A stretch of DNA of 64,000 nucleotides from the human T2T-CHM13v2.0 reference genome, Homo sapiens: NCBI RefSeq assembly GCF_009914755.1, contig NC_060944.1. One strand, written 5' to 3'. The first letter of the stretch is position 1, and every line of letters starts with the position of its first letter. Below the pieces are notes generated by a model that was given only the letters and a program-made list of their open reading frames with translations, did no database searches and was not told the DNA's origin. The translations under genes were made by a program, and so were the position numbers. This document shows, one piece after another, positions 18,909 to 41,235 of this stretch.

Positions 18909-21588
18909 TCAGGACACACCTCGGAGAAGAGCAAGCCTGCTGCAGAGTGACATGAACACCAGGTCTGTTTCTGTACGAGCCAGTGACAGAAGACCCCTAG
19001 ATAAGACTCTCTGTACGTATATGTTTGTAGGCAAATGGAAGGTGAGAAAGACACGGTCCCGACTAGCAAGTCTGGATGTCTACGAGGAGTGTGGGAAGAA
19101 CGGTTAATCGCTTCACATCCCTGCGTCACTGTGTATGATGAGAATGTTACATTTCGAATAACAAAAATGAGCACTTATATCAAAAACTGGTTATTGCAGT
19201 GAGAGAAAGGACCCTGCTCTAGGGTCTTCCAAGCCGGGGTGAGCCTGGGCCTTGAACATACCCTTCAAAGTGTGTGTATGGGGCCCAGGGGACGATCTAC
19301 CATTTCTGCACTGGAGTCTGCAGAAATGGTGCAGACTGCCCCAGAAGAATTCAGCCTACATCACACAGGCCAGCAGGACTTTTTTTTTTTTTTAGTGCAG
19401 CAGTGCGATCATAGCTGACTGCAGCCTTGAACTCCTGGCCTGAAGCAATCCTCCCGCTTCAGTCACCCAAGTGGTTGGAACTGTAGGCTCGACCCACCAG
19501 GCCTGGCCCCTGCAGGGCTCTTGACCCCAACCCAGACTTTACCTTGATGTGGGGAGCTGTCCCCACTCCCTCCCCTGACAATGCAGGGCACTGTGTCAAG
19601 GATTCTGGAGAGACCCTGGCTCATTCCCACAGGAGACGGGGAACAGGCCTGGGGAGGAGCCAAATGCCAGTGTCGGGGGGCCGGAGGCTGCAGTGGCAGT
19701 GCTTGTAGGCAGGGAGGACAGTGAGCCCTCCACATATACATAGCATGGCCCCCAGGGGTGTGTACTGGGATGGGTGTTGGGGGGTACTCTGGGGAGGGCT
19801 GCTCACTGGTGTCCTTCATCCCGGGCAGGAGAGAGGCCCAGAGCACAGGCCCTGCAGGGAGCCAGGACGGAGAAGGCTCCAGTGTACGCCACTCCCCCAC
19901 CAACCCCACCGTCCTTGAGGGCTCTGAGCAATTAATTCTCTGTGACTCCAGATGTTCAGCAGCTGTCTTGGCCATTTCCGCCCCTTCTCCTGACCCTGCG
20001 TCCTCCAGGAAGCATCCCCTCCTGTCCTTGGGCTCCAAGCCACCCCCACCTTCCCTGCACCCCATTTCCTGAGCAGAGGCGTTTGTGCAGACTCAGCTCC
20101 CGCACCCACCAGGGTAGCCTCAGTTTTCCCAAGGCCTGGGCACTGCTCCCTGAGTCCAGGGCTGCTGGGGTCGGCTCACTCCCTGACGGATGCCCTCTGC
20201 CAGGGGCTCTGATCCTGGTTCCTGCCCCTCCGGCCTCTGGGACTGGTTTTCTCTCTCTCCTCTCCTTCCTTCTCCAAGGTTGGCTCTGCAGGCTCCACTG
20301 GCATAAATCAAGGGCCTCCAGGGAGGGTTCAGTGCAGGAGGGTTGGCAGGACTGGCCAGGGGGAGAGCCCTGCCCCAGTGCAGGAGGGCCCAATGCAGGA
20401 GGGTGGGAACCAAGGGGTGGAGGGCTCAGAGACTGGCAGGCCCTGTGGGGGTGGGTGCACGCTCAGATGTCGGCGTGGAGGGCACCGGGGTGGAGGTGGG
20501 GGTTGCCTCCACAAACAGATCAGCAGGGACACAGCCCCCACCTCCACCTTGTGGACACTTCCCTGAGCTGATGGCGGTGGAGGCACAAGAGGTCATGGCT
20601 GCTGCAGCTGGTCGTCTGGGGGCTCTTCTGGAGAGGGGACAGCTCCCTTCCTGTCACATGCTTTCCTGTCTCAACAGAGCCGGGGGTTCTGGGGCACTTG
20701 GACTCCCGTGGGCTGGTGGGATCAGGGGCTGGGCCAGACACAGGATGAGGCATGGAACCCCTGGGGGCCAGCGGCTCCAGCCCGCTGACCTCTGCCCCTC
20801 AGAATCCGGTCCCAGGCTCTCCCCTCCTCCTCTCAAGAACTTCCTGCTCTGTGTGTGTGTGTGGGTGGGTTGTTGTGGGGGAAGCTAAGGGCAGGTGGGC
20901 CTGGCTAAAGAAAAGCCTGCATTTCCAAACAAGTCCCAGAGCAGATCAAGCTGGGAGACTGCCCCCAGGAGGACGAGGCTCCTCCAAGCAGGATCTGCTC
21001 AGGGGAATCAAAATAAGGTTTAGTGCGTCCAACATCCTGCGTGGACAGTCCTCCAGGACTCCTGCCGCTGCCAGGATCTGAACTGAGGTGGCAGGGACAC
21101 CTCCTGTCAGAACTTCGGCTCTGCTGCTGGGTTCACTCCTGTGGTCTCACACAAAATGGGCCGGTAGCCTTTGGGCCCACAGCCCCAACCTGCCTAGAGT
21201 AGGCAGCCGCTGAGTTTATGAAAGAGGCTCCTGGGAAAGGAATCATCTCCCACCCTCTGCAGAAGTTTCCATCCCCACCCCTATCCACCAGGCTCCTTTC
21301 CCCACAGGGTCAGGGGTGGACACTTGAGCAGGACCAGAACCACCAATCCCCAGGGGAAGCCTTGCCCATCCCTTGGCTGCAGGGGCAGTACCCTGTGTGT
21401 TTCCTCCTGGGGCAGGGCTCCTGTTGCTGCCCAGGACCCAGTGGAAAGGATGGTGTGACAGGTGCACCAGTGGACCCTGAGACACCCTCTTTGTCCTCAG
21501 GCTTTGACCAATGAGCACAGTAGCCAATCGGAGATCAAAGCTGGATAACCAGGAAAATCTGGATCTCAACTGTGTGTGTGCCTGGGGG

Positions 21589-22109
<521 letters not shown>

Positions 22110-22902
22110 GAATGGGGGTAATAGCCCCCCAAATCGCTCCCTTTGTTAATTGGTCCCTGTCTTCTGTCCCCCAACCCCTAAAGGCAGCAGCTGACTCCCC
22201 CAACTAGGGGCGGGGCCTGTTAGGGTCAGGCAGTGCCTCTAACCCAGACGCTGAGCAGGAGAGCAGAGAGGGGGTGCTTCAGCCTGAAACTACCCCTTCC
22301 CCAGAAGGCTGGGGTCCCAGGCGGGCCTGGCACCTGGGCTCAGAGGCTCTGGCTGGATTTGCCAAACTCCCTGATTGTAGCATGTTTGTTTCTGGTCTGG
22401 GGAGCTGTTGAGTACCTGGAGCTGCCCTCTTCCCTGGGGCTCCTCCTGGCAGGCGGCTTCCGACCCTGCCCTCAGGTGGGCTGGCCCTTTCCAGGGCAGG
22501 AGAAAAGATACCTCTCCAGAAAAGAGGGAGGCGCAGCCTGGGAGTGGGGGCTCGACCCAGGAGCGAGAAAGAGGAACCCCAGCCAGGCAGGACCCGCCCC
22601 AGAAGGTCACTGCTGTTGCTGGCAGCCAGTGAAAAGAGGATCCAGAAAAGGAGAGGGCTTGTTTCTGGTCAGCACCGAAGAAGGAAGGTGTGGAGAGGAG
22701 GGGCCGGGCCGAGAGCAAATACCGCCTTTTTGGTGCAGCAGCAGCCCTGTCTCTGACCCCGGCCGTCCTGGGGAGATGAGGTTTAAACCAGCAGACCCTG
22801 AAGGGAAACTTGCAGGACCCACAGCAAGCCTGGTACAGGCGGAGGAGGCCTTGCTGTCCCTTTTTGGCCCGTGGGGCTGTCCATCTTAAATTTAAGGAAG
22901 AG

Positions 22903-23090
22903 GGAGGCGGGGTGCAGGGACTCACACCTGTAATCCCAACACTGTGGGAGGTGGAGGCGGGGTGCAGGGACTCACACCTGTAATCCCAACACTGTGGGAG
23001 GTGGAGGCGGGAGGATCGCTTGAGCCCAGGGGTTCAAGACCAGCCTAGGCAGCATAGTGAGACCCCACCTCAATTTAATAAATAAATAAG
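22903..23090 (+). mobile_element. Alu monomer (FLAM-like) with a 50-bp duplicated 5' part
   Basis: ggaggcggggtgcagggactcacacctgtaatcccaacactgtgggaggt twice, then monomer body and A-rich tail. Confidence 0.85.
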
Positions 23091-23383
23091 GAAGAAAGAG
23101 GGAGACAGTAGCTGCTCAAATCATGGGTGGGAAAGCTGGGCCTGGGAGCGTTTAGCTGGTGGGGTCTTGGCGAAGGCGGGGGACGGGCAGAACCTTGGGT
23201 TCATCATCTCTGGGAACCCTTTGTGCACCCATCACCTAGCAACAGGATGCAGCCTTCCCTCGGCCCTGGAAGGCCAGGTCACAAAGGCCATCAGGGCTTG
23301 TCCGGGAGCCGGTATCCCCTAAGACTGCCCTGTGCCTCTCGCGGCGATCCCGGCCCAGCGGCTGGGCGTTAGGGCCACCGCTC

Positions 23384-24793
23384 ATGTGCGTCATCTGCTT
23401 CGTGAAGGCGCTGGTGCGCGTGTTCAAGATCTACCTGACCGCCAGCTACACCTACCCATTCCGCGGCTGGCCCGTGGCCTTCCGCTGGGATGACGTGCGC
23501 GCCGTGGGCCGGAGCAGCAGCCACCGGGCGCTGACCTGCGCGGCAGCCGCGGCGGGCGTGTGGTTGCTGCGGGACGAGACGCTGGGCGGGGATGCGCTGG
23601 GGCGGCCTCCACGTGGGGCGCGCAGCCAGGCGCAGTGCCTCTTGCAGCAGCTCCGCGAGCTGCCCGGCCAGCTCGCTAGCTACGCGCTGGCCCACTCGCT
23701 GGGCCGCTGGCTCGTGTACCCCGGCTCCGTGTCCCTGATGACGCGCGCGCTGCTGCCGCTGCTGCAGCAGGGCCAAGAGCGCCTCGTGGAGCGCTACCAC
23801 GGCCGGCGCGCCAAGCTGGTGGCCTGTGACGGCAACGAGATCGACACTATGTTCATGGACCGCCGCCAGCACCCGGGCAGCCACGTGCACGGGCCGCGCC
23901 TCGTCATCTGCTGCGAAGGCAACGCGGGCTTCTACGAGATGGGCTGTCTGTCTGCACCGCTCGAGGCCGGCTACTCCGTGCTGGGCTGGAACCACCCCGG
24001 CTTCGGCAGCAGCACTGGCGTGCCCTTCCCTCAGCACGACGCCAACGCCATGGACGTGGTGGTCGAGTACGCACTGCACCGCCTGCACTTCCCGCCCGCG
24101 CACCTGGTGGTCTACGGCTGGTCTGTTGGCGGCTTCACGGCCACCTGGGCCACCATGACCTACCCGGAGCTGGGTGCACTGGTGCTGGACGCCACCTTCG
24201 ACGACCTTGTGCCGCTGGCGCTGAAGGTCATGCCCCACAGTTGGAAGGGGCTGGTGGTGCGCACCGTGCGCGAGCACTTCAACCTCAACGTGGCCGAGCA
24301 GCTGTGCTGCTACCCGGGGCCGGTGCTGCTGCTCCGACGCACGCAGGATGACGTGGTCAGCACTTCGGGCCGCCTGCGCCCCCTGTCACCTGGTGACGTG
24401 GAGGGCAACCGGGGCAATGAGCTGCTGCTGCGCCTGCTGGAGCACCGCTACCCCGTCGTGATGGCGCGAGAGGGCCGCGCCGTCGTCACCCGCTGGCTGC
24501 GCGCTGGCAGCTTGGCGCAGGAGGCCGCCTTCTATGCACGCTACCGCGTGGACGAGGACTGGTGCCTGGCGCTGCTGCGCTCCTACCGTGCACGCTGCGA
24601 AGAGGAGCTGGAGGGCGAGGAGGCCCTGGGGCCACACGGACCCGCCTTCCCATGGCTGGTGGGCCAGGGCCTGAGCTCGCGGCGGCGCCGGCGCCTCGCA
24701 CTGTTCCTGGCTCGGAAGCACCTCAAGAACGTGGAGGCGACTCACTTCAGCCCTCTGGAGCCTGAGGAGTTTCAGTTGCCCTGGCGGCTGTAA
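23384..24793 (+). CDS. ABHD16B: Alpha/beta hydrolase domain-containing protein 16B (469 aa, single-exon, retrogene-like paralogue of ABHD16A)
   Basis: Uninterrupted 469-aa ORF with strong GC3 bias. ABHD16-family motifs: DGNEIDTMFMDRR, LVICCEGNAGFYEMG, GYSVLGWNHPGF, nucleophile elbow GWSVGG (Ser247, codon 24122-24124), LDATFDDL, LRRTQDDVV. Confidence 0.97.
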   Translation: MCVICFVKALVRVFKIYLTASYTYPFRGWPVAFRWDDVRAVGRSSSHRALTCAAAAAGVWLLRDETLGGDALGRPPRGARSQAQCLLQQLRELPGQLASYALAHSLGRWLVYPGSVSLMTRALLPLLQQGQERLVERYHGRRAKLVACDGNEIDTMFMDRRQHPGSHVHGPRLVICCEGNAGFYEMGCLSAPLEAGYSVLGWNHPGFGSSTGVPFPQHDANAMDVVVEYALHRLHFPPAHLVVYGWSVGGFTATWATMTYPELGALVLDATFDDLVPLALKVMPHSWKGLVVRTVREHFNLNVAEQLCCYPGPVLLLRRTQDDVVSTSGRLRPLSPGDVEGNRGNELLLRLLEHRYPVVMAREGRAVVTRWLRAGSLAQEAAFYARYRVDEDWCLALLRSYRARCEEELEGEEALGPHGPAFPWLVGQGLSSRRRRRLALFLARKHLKNVEATHFSPLEPEEFQLPWRL

Positions 24794-26312
24794 CCTATAT
24801 GCCCCAGTGGGGGATCACGCACTTGAACTCCTGGCCTTCTTGGTTCACCTCCCCATACCGCCAACCATTGCAGGGGGCCGGCGCCGACGCGGGGCGGGGC
24901 GGGGGGGGGCGCGCGGGGTGCTCCTGATCTGCTGTCTGGGGGAGGGTAGGCAGAACACGGGGACTTGGTGCTCTCCTTCCTTCACAGGGGCGTTCTGACC
25001 GTCCTCCCATTCTTCCTAGCTCTGTCCCCTCCTTTCTCTCTTCCTCCTACAAATACTTTTGGCTGCCCCCACCCAGCTCCTAAGGGAATGAAAGGTTAAC
25101 CTGACCCGGTTTATGGCAATACTGTGTGATGGGTGCCTTGATCACCACAAAAGGATGATGGGAACGGGGCTGTGGGGTCCCAGGGAGGAGCCCTTCACCT
25201 GGCCTGGGTTACAGGATGGCTCCTGGGAAGACAATGCCAGCTGTGCGCTGAAAGTCTGTGCAAGCTGCTCCCGTGAAAAGGAGGACATTGGCATGGCAGG
25301 GCTGTGGGCAGGTCTTAGTGGCTGGACATTCCCAGGAGTTAGCACTGGCTATCATTCTGTAGGGCTCCCTCCCACCTCCAAACTCCTGGCTTCTACACCA
25401 GGGCATTCACAGACAGATTGCAGACTCACATGGTGGCATGTGAGGCTACAGATACACTTGCACAGGCCAGAGGATACTACTGCGTGTCCCCTGGAGCCAG
25501 GCCTGGGCTGGACTTTGTTCCTGGCTTAGGGATGCAACACAGAATGGGACAAGGCCTCTGCTCACAATGGTCTGTAATGTCACATCTCTGTGGTCTGCCC
25601 TGAACTGCCTGAAGCAGGGACTATTGTCCCTACATGTCCCTAGTCCCCGGGCTGGCCTGGTTGGGTTGAGCAAGAATCTCTGGAAAGAATGAAAGGCAGC
25701 AAATGGAGAAAACATTACTGAGAGCACGAGAGCAGGCTAAGGCCGTGGTGGTAAGGGACTCGGGCCTGTGCAAGAGTACCAGGAAGACACCTGTGGGAGG
25801 AGGTGGCCGGGTGAAGGAAGGGGCAGTGGGAGGAGCTTCCATGCCTAGGGACCAGTACCACCCCAGGCTGGAAGCCCAGAGTGGAGTCCTAGGACATCAG
25901 ATCCTAAAGGGCTTGAATACCGTTTAAGGCTTTTCTTCCGGGAGCAAGTAGGAGCCAAAGAAGGGAAGTTGCGGGACTTGTTTTCGTGGGGCCAGTTGCC
26001 TGGTGGTTACGCGCCTCTCCTCTGAAGTCAGGCATCCTGTTCCAGAGTATCCTGGTTGCGCTTCAACTTGCGGAGTGACCTGGGGCAAGTGACTTTAACC
26101 TCAGCTTCCTCATCTGTGGAGTGGGGAGGGCGCAGCGCTGGTCGCCCTGAACAGGAAGTGAGACAACCTCGGGGTGCACACGCGCAGGCCCGAGCCGCAG
26201 GGTCCACGCCCGAGGCGAGGCGGCAGCGGCGCCTGCAGGGCGAGGGGACGAATCGCGATCTTTTTCAGAGTAACCCGCGTACAATAAAAAGTCCCCATGA
26301 AAAGGACAAACT

Positions 26313-26626
<314 letters not shown>

Positions 26627-26659
26627 CTAAAAAAAGAATATAAATACAATAAATAACAG

Positions 26660-27720
26660 GACTTACGGGGGCAGGCTGACCCCTAAAGTAAGGGGTCGGG
26701 CTGGAAAGGATCTCAAGGGGTCAGAGTTTGAGCCGCCGAGGCGCGCGAGCCCCAGCACTCCTAGGCAGCTGCATCCGCCCCGGAAGATCCCCTGGGGCCC
26801 TGCGCTGGCTTTCCACAGCGCCATGTTGGACGGTCCTCCCACTTCCCACCTTCCCAGTCCTCCCGCTACTCTGACCGTTCTACCTGTGATTCTCGCTGGT
26901 GGAGTCAACCTGGAATGGATTCCCGCCGAACCACGCCTCCCTTTCCTGGTTCGCCCGCAGTTTCGGCCTATCAGGTTGAGTCGGGTAAACCAGGACGGGC
27001 CAAGCGGCACTCTCATTGGATATCACTGGTGGGGGCGGGAAGAAGGCGGAGCACGTGCCCGGGCGGAAGTAGCCGTCGCATCGCGGATTACGAAACGCCG
27101 CGGAGCTGAGGCAGTTCCGCTGGCTAGTGTGTACGCGGCGAGCTTCTCCCGGCGCCGCCCGCTCGGCTCCCATAGCGCCCGCGACAGCGGTCCGGACGCC
27201 GCCCGAACATGGACTCCGCCGGCCAAGGTACCTGCCGGGCCCGGCCCCTTCGCCGCAGATGGGCCCAGGCTGCCCGTTGTTCTCCGTCTCCCGGGGTCGC
27301 GTCTGCGACTCTCTGTCCTCTCGGTCTCGGTTCACCCACCCCGCGGCCCCTCTTCAGCTCCCGGGGCCACTGACCTCGAAGCTTATGATGGTCGTGGTGT
27401 GTTTTTTGCCCGCGGCCCAGACCGCTTCCTGGGCTCTCTCCAGCCGCCCTCCTGGTCTCCCCTGGGACCGTTCCGAGGTGTGGTTCCCTGGCGCCCGCCG
27501 TTGCTCCCGTAGTTTGGGTTCTGTCGCTCCCAGCAGGTCTCGCTTATGCCGCCCACCCCGTGCCCTGCTCTTGCTTGCTCTGCCACCCCCCGGTCCCTGC
27601 GCGGGGCCCTCGGGTTCACGCTGTCTGGCCCTGGACCCAGTCCGAGGTGTTGAGGGCGGCTCCCGAGCAGAGAAGGGGTCTTCGCGTTCAGCAGAGCTCC
27701 CCTTGGGCAGCAACTCTGCT
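26660..27720 (+). promoter_or_regulatory. TPD52L2 CpG-island promoter
   Basis: High CpG density. Inverted CCAAT (ATTGG 27015-27019), GC box 27031-27040, E-box CACGTG 27052-27057, ETS CGGAAGT 27064-27070, all upstream of exon 1. Confidence 0.88.
27209..27227 (+). CDS. TPD52L2: TPD52L2 (tumor protein D54) coding exon 1 (MDSAGQ + first base of Asp)
   Basis: AACATGG Kozak context inside a CpG island, followed by donor AAG|GTACCT. Joins in frame to exon 2. Confidence 0.93.
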
Positions 27721-27889
27721 CGGAGCTCAGCCTGCTTAGGGGTTGCCTCATGGAGAGGGGGTGGAGTGAGTCAGGGGCACACCCAGCATACCAGGCCTGT
27801 TTCCAGAACAGTCTCCCCAGAGCAGTATGAGATGGCCACTGAGGGGCGTGGAGCGAGCCCAGGAGATTAAAATCTTGAGAAGATGATAA

Positions 27890-30792
<2,903 letters not shown>

Positions 30793-31138
30793 GTGGAAGG
30801 TCTGTTAGATTGAGCTGCTTTCTCTGTAGCAAGGGTTTCCTGCCTCTGACGATAGTATTCTCACTGGGAAGCCAGAATTCGGGTTTGCCTGCCTTGGGCC
30901 GGCATTTGTCGTGCCCTGAAGCAGCACAAGTGGCATTGGCTTTTCAGCTCAGGTGGTCTGAGGTGTGGCTGCCCTCGTCTACTGCCCATGCTGTCCTCAC
31001 AGACCTTTCAGAGAAGAGGTGTTAGTCTCCAGGGTCTCACCCACTCCCACCTGTGCTTTTGTCCTGCTAGAGACCTCTACCGTATTTACTTGGAACTAAC
31101 TTATTTGACACTTTGTGGCCTCATTTTGTCTCTGGCAG

Positions 31139-31284
31139 ATATCAACCTGAATTCTCCTAACAAAGGTCTGCTGTCTGACTCCATGACGGATGTTCCTGTC
31201 GACACAGGTGTGGCTGCCCGGACTCCTGCTGTTGAGGGTCTGACAGAGGCTGAGGAGGAGGAGCTCAGGGCTGAGCTTACCAAG
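31139..31284 (+). CDS. TPD52L2: TPD52L2 exon 2 (DINLNSPNKG...EEEELRAELTK)
   Basis: Acceptor tctggcag|AT, donor AAG|gtgctg, 146 nt. Start of the D52-family coiled coil. Confidence 0.95.
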
Positions 31285-31685
31285 GTGCTGTGGCTTGGCT
31301 GTCTGTCCTGGGGTGAATTGGAGTTAAGGCCCTCTTGGATTAGTGAGAGGCCAGGGTACTGGCCACGCTCGGGAGGAATTGCCCTGGGTGGTCACCTACC
31401 CTGCTCTGTGTTCCGACTGATAACGGGGTTCTCTTTGTATGTGCCCAGCTCCATGCACTGGACTCAGAGCCACCTGGCAGTGGAGACAGGGCATGACTCC
31501 CTTCCCATACCTCTGTGCCTGGCCCTTCCTAAGTGCTCCCTGAGGAGTGTTCACACATGAACCGCCTCTGAGCAGCCATCTGCTGGGAGTGTCTCTGTTG
31601 GAATTAACACTTGATAATCATTTTTAAGACCCCATGAATCTTTCTTGTCCTGGATCTTAAGTTTTCTTTTAAACATATTTATTTT

Positions 31686-37203
<5,518 letters not shown>

Positions 37204-37660
37204 TCAAGGTTGGGGTGGCTGTGGAATGTTTCCCAGAAGACATGTTCCTATACAAAGACAGAACAGGTCACATTTCATAAATCTCACATATGAGAGGCCC
37301 ATGTTTTTGTCCTAGGACATCGTAAGTTTTGAATCCCAAGGGTGTTTTGGAGCTGTGGGCTGTGCCCTTCCAGTCCCCCACAGCAGTGCTGTTGCCCAAG
37401 AATCTCCTAGCGAGAGACCAGGGGCTACTGCCAGGTGACAGAAAAGGGAACATCAGTTCCGCTATACCCACAGCTCACCTGGCGGCCTGGGGCCTGCACA
37501 GGGCCTGGTTGAGGCAGTGGACCCCATTTTTGGGCCGTCTGTGGAGTTGATGTTCCTGCCAGCTGGTCCCTCTCTGTCTTCCCTGGAACTTCACCTGCAG
37601 TTTGATGCCTGAGTTAAAATTGTTCTTCTAAATAATTCACTGTAGACTTTCTGTTTTTAG

Positions 37661-37720
37661 CTATGTGAAAACTTCTGAGAAACTTGGAGAGTGGAATGAG
37701 AAAGTGACCCAGTCAGACCT
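37661..37720 (+). CDS. TPD52L2: TPD52L2 exon 4, 60-nt in-frame cassette (YVKTSEKLGEWNEKVTQSDL)
   Basis: Acceptor gtttttag|C, donor CCT|gtgagt. Phase 2-2 symmetric, so skipping gives 186 aa instead of 206 aa. Confidence 0.92.
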
Positions 37721-38471
37721 GTGAGTGCCTGTATCATCAGCACCTCCTCCTTCCTCCTCTCCGCCTCCTGACACTCAGTCGGGGAAGGGGGCTGTGCACA
37801 CTTGGCACAAAGCTTGTTTTGGTATTTGCTGGCTATTTTTTCTTCCTATAACTTTTCTTCTCTCAGGTAAACTATCCTTTAAACTTTTGTGGAACAGGGA
37901 ATAGTAGCTGAGAGAAACTCACTCAGCCACCTGACCACACTTAAAACTCCCCTCTGCCTGATATGCGTCCCTTATGTAAGAGGCCTGCACTGGTCCTGGC
38001 TGTATCTCTAACTAATAGAGCTCCTTGGCTTCCGGCAGTGCACAAGCTGGACAACACCACTTGGCCTGGGTTTGTTGGTGGCGAATTTTTGTTTGTTCTA
38101 ACCCTAACCCTTTTCCCTGCTTAGCTCCAGCTGTTGGGTTCTCAGAATTCCTTTCCTCCTTTAGGGGTAGTTCTTGAGTGGAGGGCATGGTGTAGGATAT
38201 GCTGGTGGAAATTTGAAATCCTCACGATCTGGGAGGCACTGCATTGTCAGAGCATCAGCCAGTGTGGATCAAGTGTGGATAGTTTTGTATGTGTGTGTCA
38301 GTGGTGTTGTTCAGAGTGACTCCTAATATTTGGAGATCCTTAAACTAGATAATAGCACTTCATTTACTTGTGCTCTGATCTGATTATAACGTCTTTAAAC
38401 TGAGGAGGGGAATATTTTTAAATAGTCTCTGTGGGATTTTTTCATCTGTTATTTAGAAGGAAGCGCTGTAA

Positions 38472-39303
<832 letters not shown>

Positions 39304-39689
39304 TGAGCAGGGTGTTCTAGGGACCCTGGTGGGCTGTGTCTCGGGCTGTTGAACAGTGACTTTGCTGGGCAGCAGATGGTTCCTAGGTTGGGACAGTGAC
39401 GGTCATCCTTGCAGTTTGGGCATCAGGCGGACGCACAGTGCAGACTCAGTCTGAAAATAGTCTTAGGAGACTTCAGTGCTGTTTTGTAAAACCAACTGAC
39501 ATAAAGCTGCCGGGATCCTATTTCAAATAAATAGTGTTTTAGAGAGCTTATTACAACACTCAGCGTCCCGACCCCTCTGGAGAAACCTGTGGCTCAGCAT
39601 GGAAGCATATGGCCAGTGCATCACCTGGCCGAGGCCATTCCCCTGAGTTCTGTGGCGAGAGCTGTCAACTGACGGTTCCAGAGTGGAAG

Positions 39690-39848
39690 CGTTTCTGCCG
39701 GGAAGGCCCAGGCCGAGGGCGATGGTTTCTGCCGGGACGGCCCAGGCCGAGGGCGATGGTTTCTGGTGGGAAGGCCCAGGCCGAGGGCGATGGTTTCTGC
39801 CGGGACGGCCGAGGCCGAGGGCGGTGGTTTCTGCCGGGACGGCCCAGA
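39690..39848. repeat. 34-bp CpG-rich minisatellite, ~4.7 copies
   Basis: Unit ggtttctgccgggacggcccaggccgagggcgat. Confidence 0.92.
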
Positions 39849-41235
39849 CGGAAGGGATGCGGCTTGGGAGGTGGGGCCTGAGGATGTGGCCATGGCGCGT
39901 GCTCTTCCTGGCTGGTGCCTCTCCTAGTCAGCTTCAGGAGATGGGCTGTAGATGTACCTCCACTGCCCAGAGCTCTGCAGGGGAAGGCAGTAAAAGCTCC
40001 CTGCATCCTGACCCACGTGTTTGTAGATCCTTTCAGCTATTGGCGCCCTGGAGGATGGACGGGAAGGAGAACGTGGCCGGTGGGTGGAGGATAGCACTGG
40101 TGCCTGGCCCCATGAGGCTGCAATGCGGCCACATTCTCAGTGGGTCATGTCTGAATGCGAGAGCAGCTGTGTTCTGCGAGTGGTGAAACAATTGCCTGTT
40201 GCATTCTATTTATAGGCAGAGGTAACTAAAAACCTCAGTGCTGAGAGGGGCATCATATAGATCCTGCAGTTATGAGCTGGTTCACTTGGAGTTGTTTTGG
40301 TTGCAGGTGACAGAAAGCACGACTCAAGGTAGCATCAACCAAACAGGGAGGTGGGAGCACTCACCAGGCAGAGAAGTCCCTGCCCCCACTGCTGCAGCCC
40401 AACAGTGTGGCCCCATATGGGTCTCCCTGGACTAATGGCTGCGGCCTTGGAGGTGGTGTGCTCTGGCCAGGCCTGGATCACTTGTCCATCCTGAGTGGGA
40501 GTGGGGGCAGCCCCCAGAGACAGACTCAGGAGAGGGGGAGTGCAAGGATGTCCCCCAGATGCCCTGTGCTGCCCAGGGGACAGCTCACTGGCAGTGGGAC
40601 GAAACCGCTGTCTGTCCAGGGCTCTCTTCCTAGAAGGTCTTAGGAACTCCCAAATGGGTGCTGGCTGGGGTTGCCCGGCCCGGTGCTCTCAAGGAGAGCT
40701 GAAGCTAGTTATTGGGTGCAGATGCTGGCTCTGACCCCTGCCCCTTCCTCCCGGGCTCAGCTTCCCCATCTGTCATGGAGTAATAACAACCCAGCCTTCT
40801 GGTCCACTGAGGAATGTGTGTGCCTGTGTGTTTGACGCTCTCAGAACAGGCCTGCAGCGCTGTGAGCCTTGGAAGGGGGCCTCACAGCTGCTGCCGCCAC
40901 CTTGGAGGCCCAGGATGGGACTGAGAAGGGGAAGGGAGAGGTCAGAGCCACAGCTGTTGGGCAGGGACCTGCTGTAGGAAGAGAAGGCCAGGGAGGCGCT
41001 GGTGGTGGCCTCAGGCTATGCAGGTGATGCCCATTGTTTCCAGGGCCATCCCAGTTTGGAGGTTCCTGTTTCTAGAGGAGGTTCCCTTGTGACCCCCTCA
41101 TTTCCACACCCGAGCAATGCTGAGGGCTGTGGGGCCCCCAGGGGCTTGAGTGTGGTTTATGGCACAGCAGGGACTGATCACAGTGGCACCGGGTGTCAGT
41201 GGCCAGTGGTCAGTGGCCAGGAACCCTCAGGACCC

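Noticed and set aside
23369-24277. 302-aa antisense ORF opposite ABHD16B
   Set aside because: Typical shadow ORF from the GC3-biased codons of the real gene; no recognisable domain.
30988-31560. 190-aa ORF spanning TPD52L2 exon 2
   Set aside because: Only 31139-31284 matches the D52 protein; the flanks are intronic read-through.
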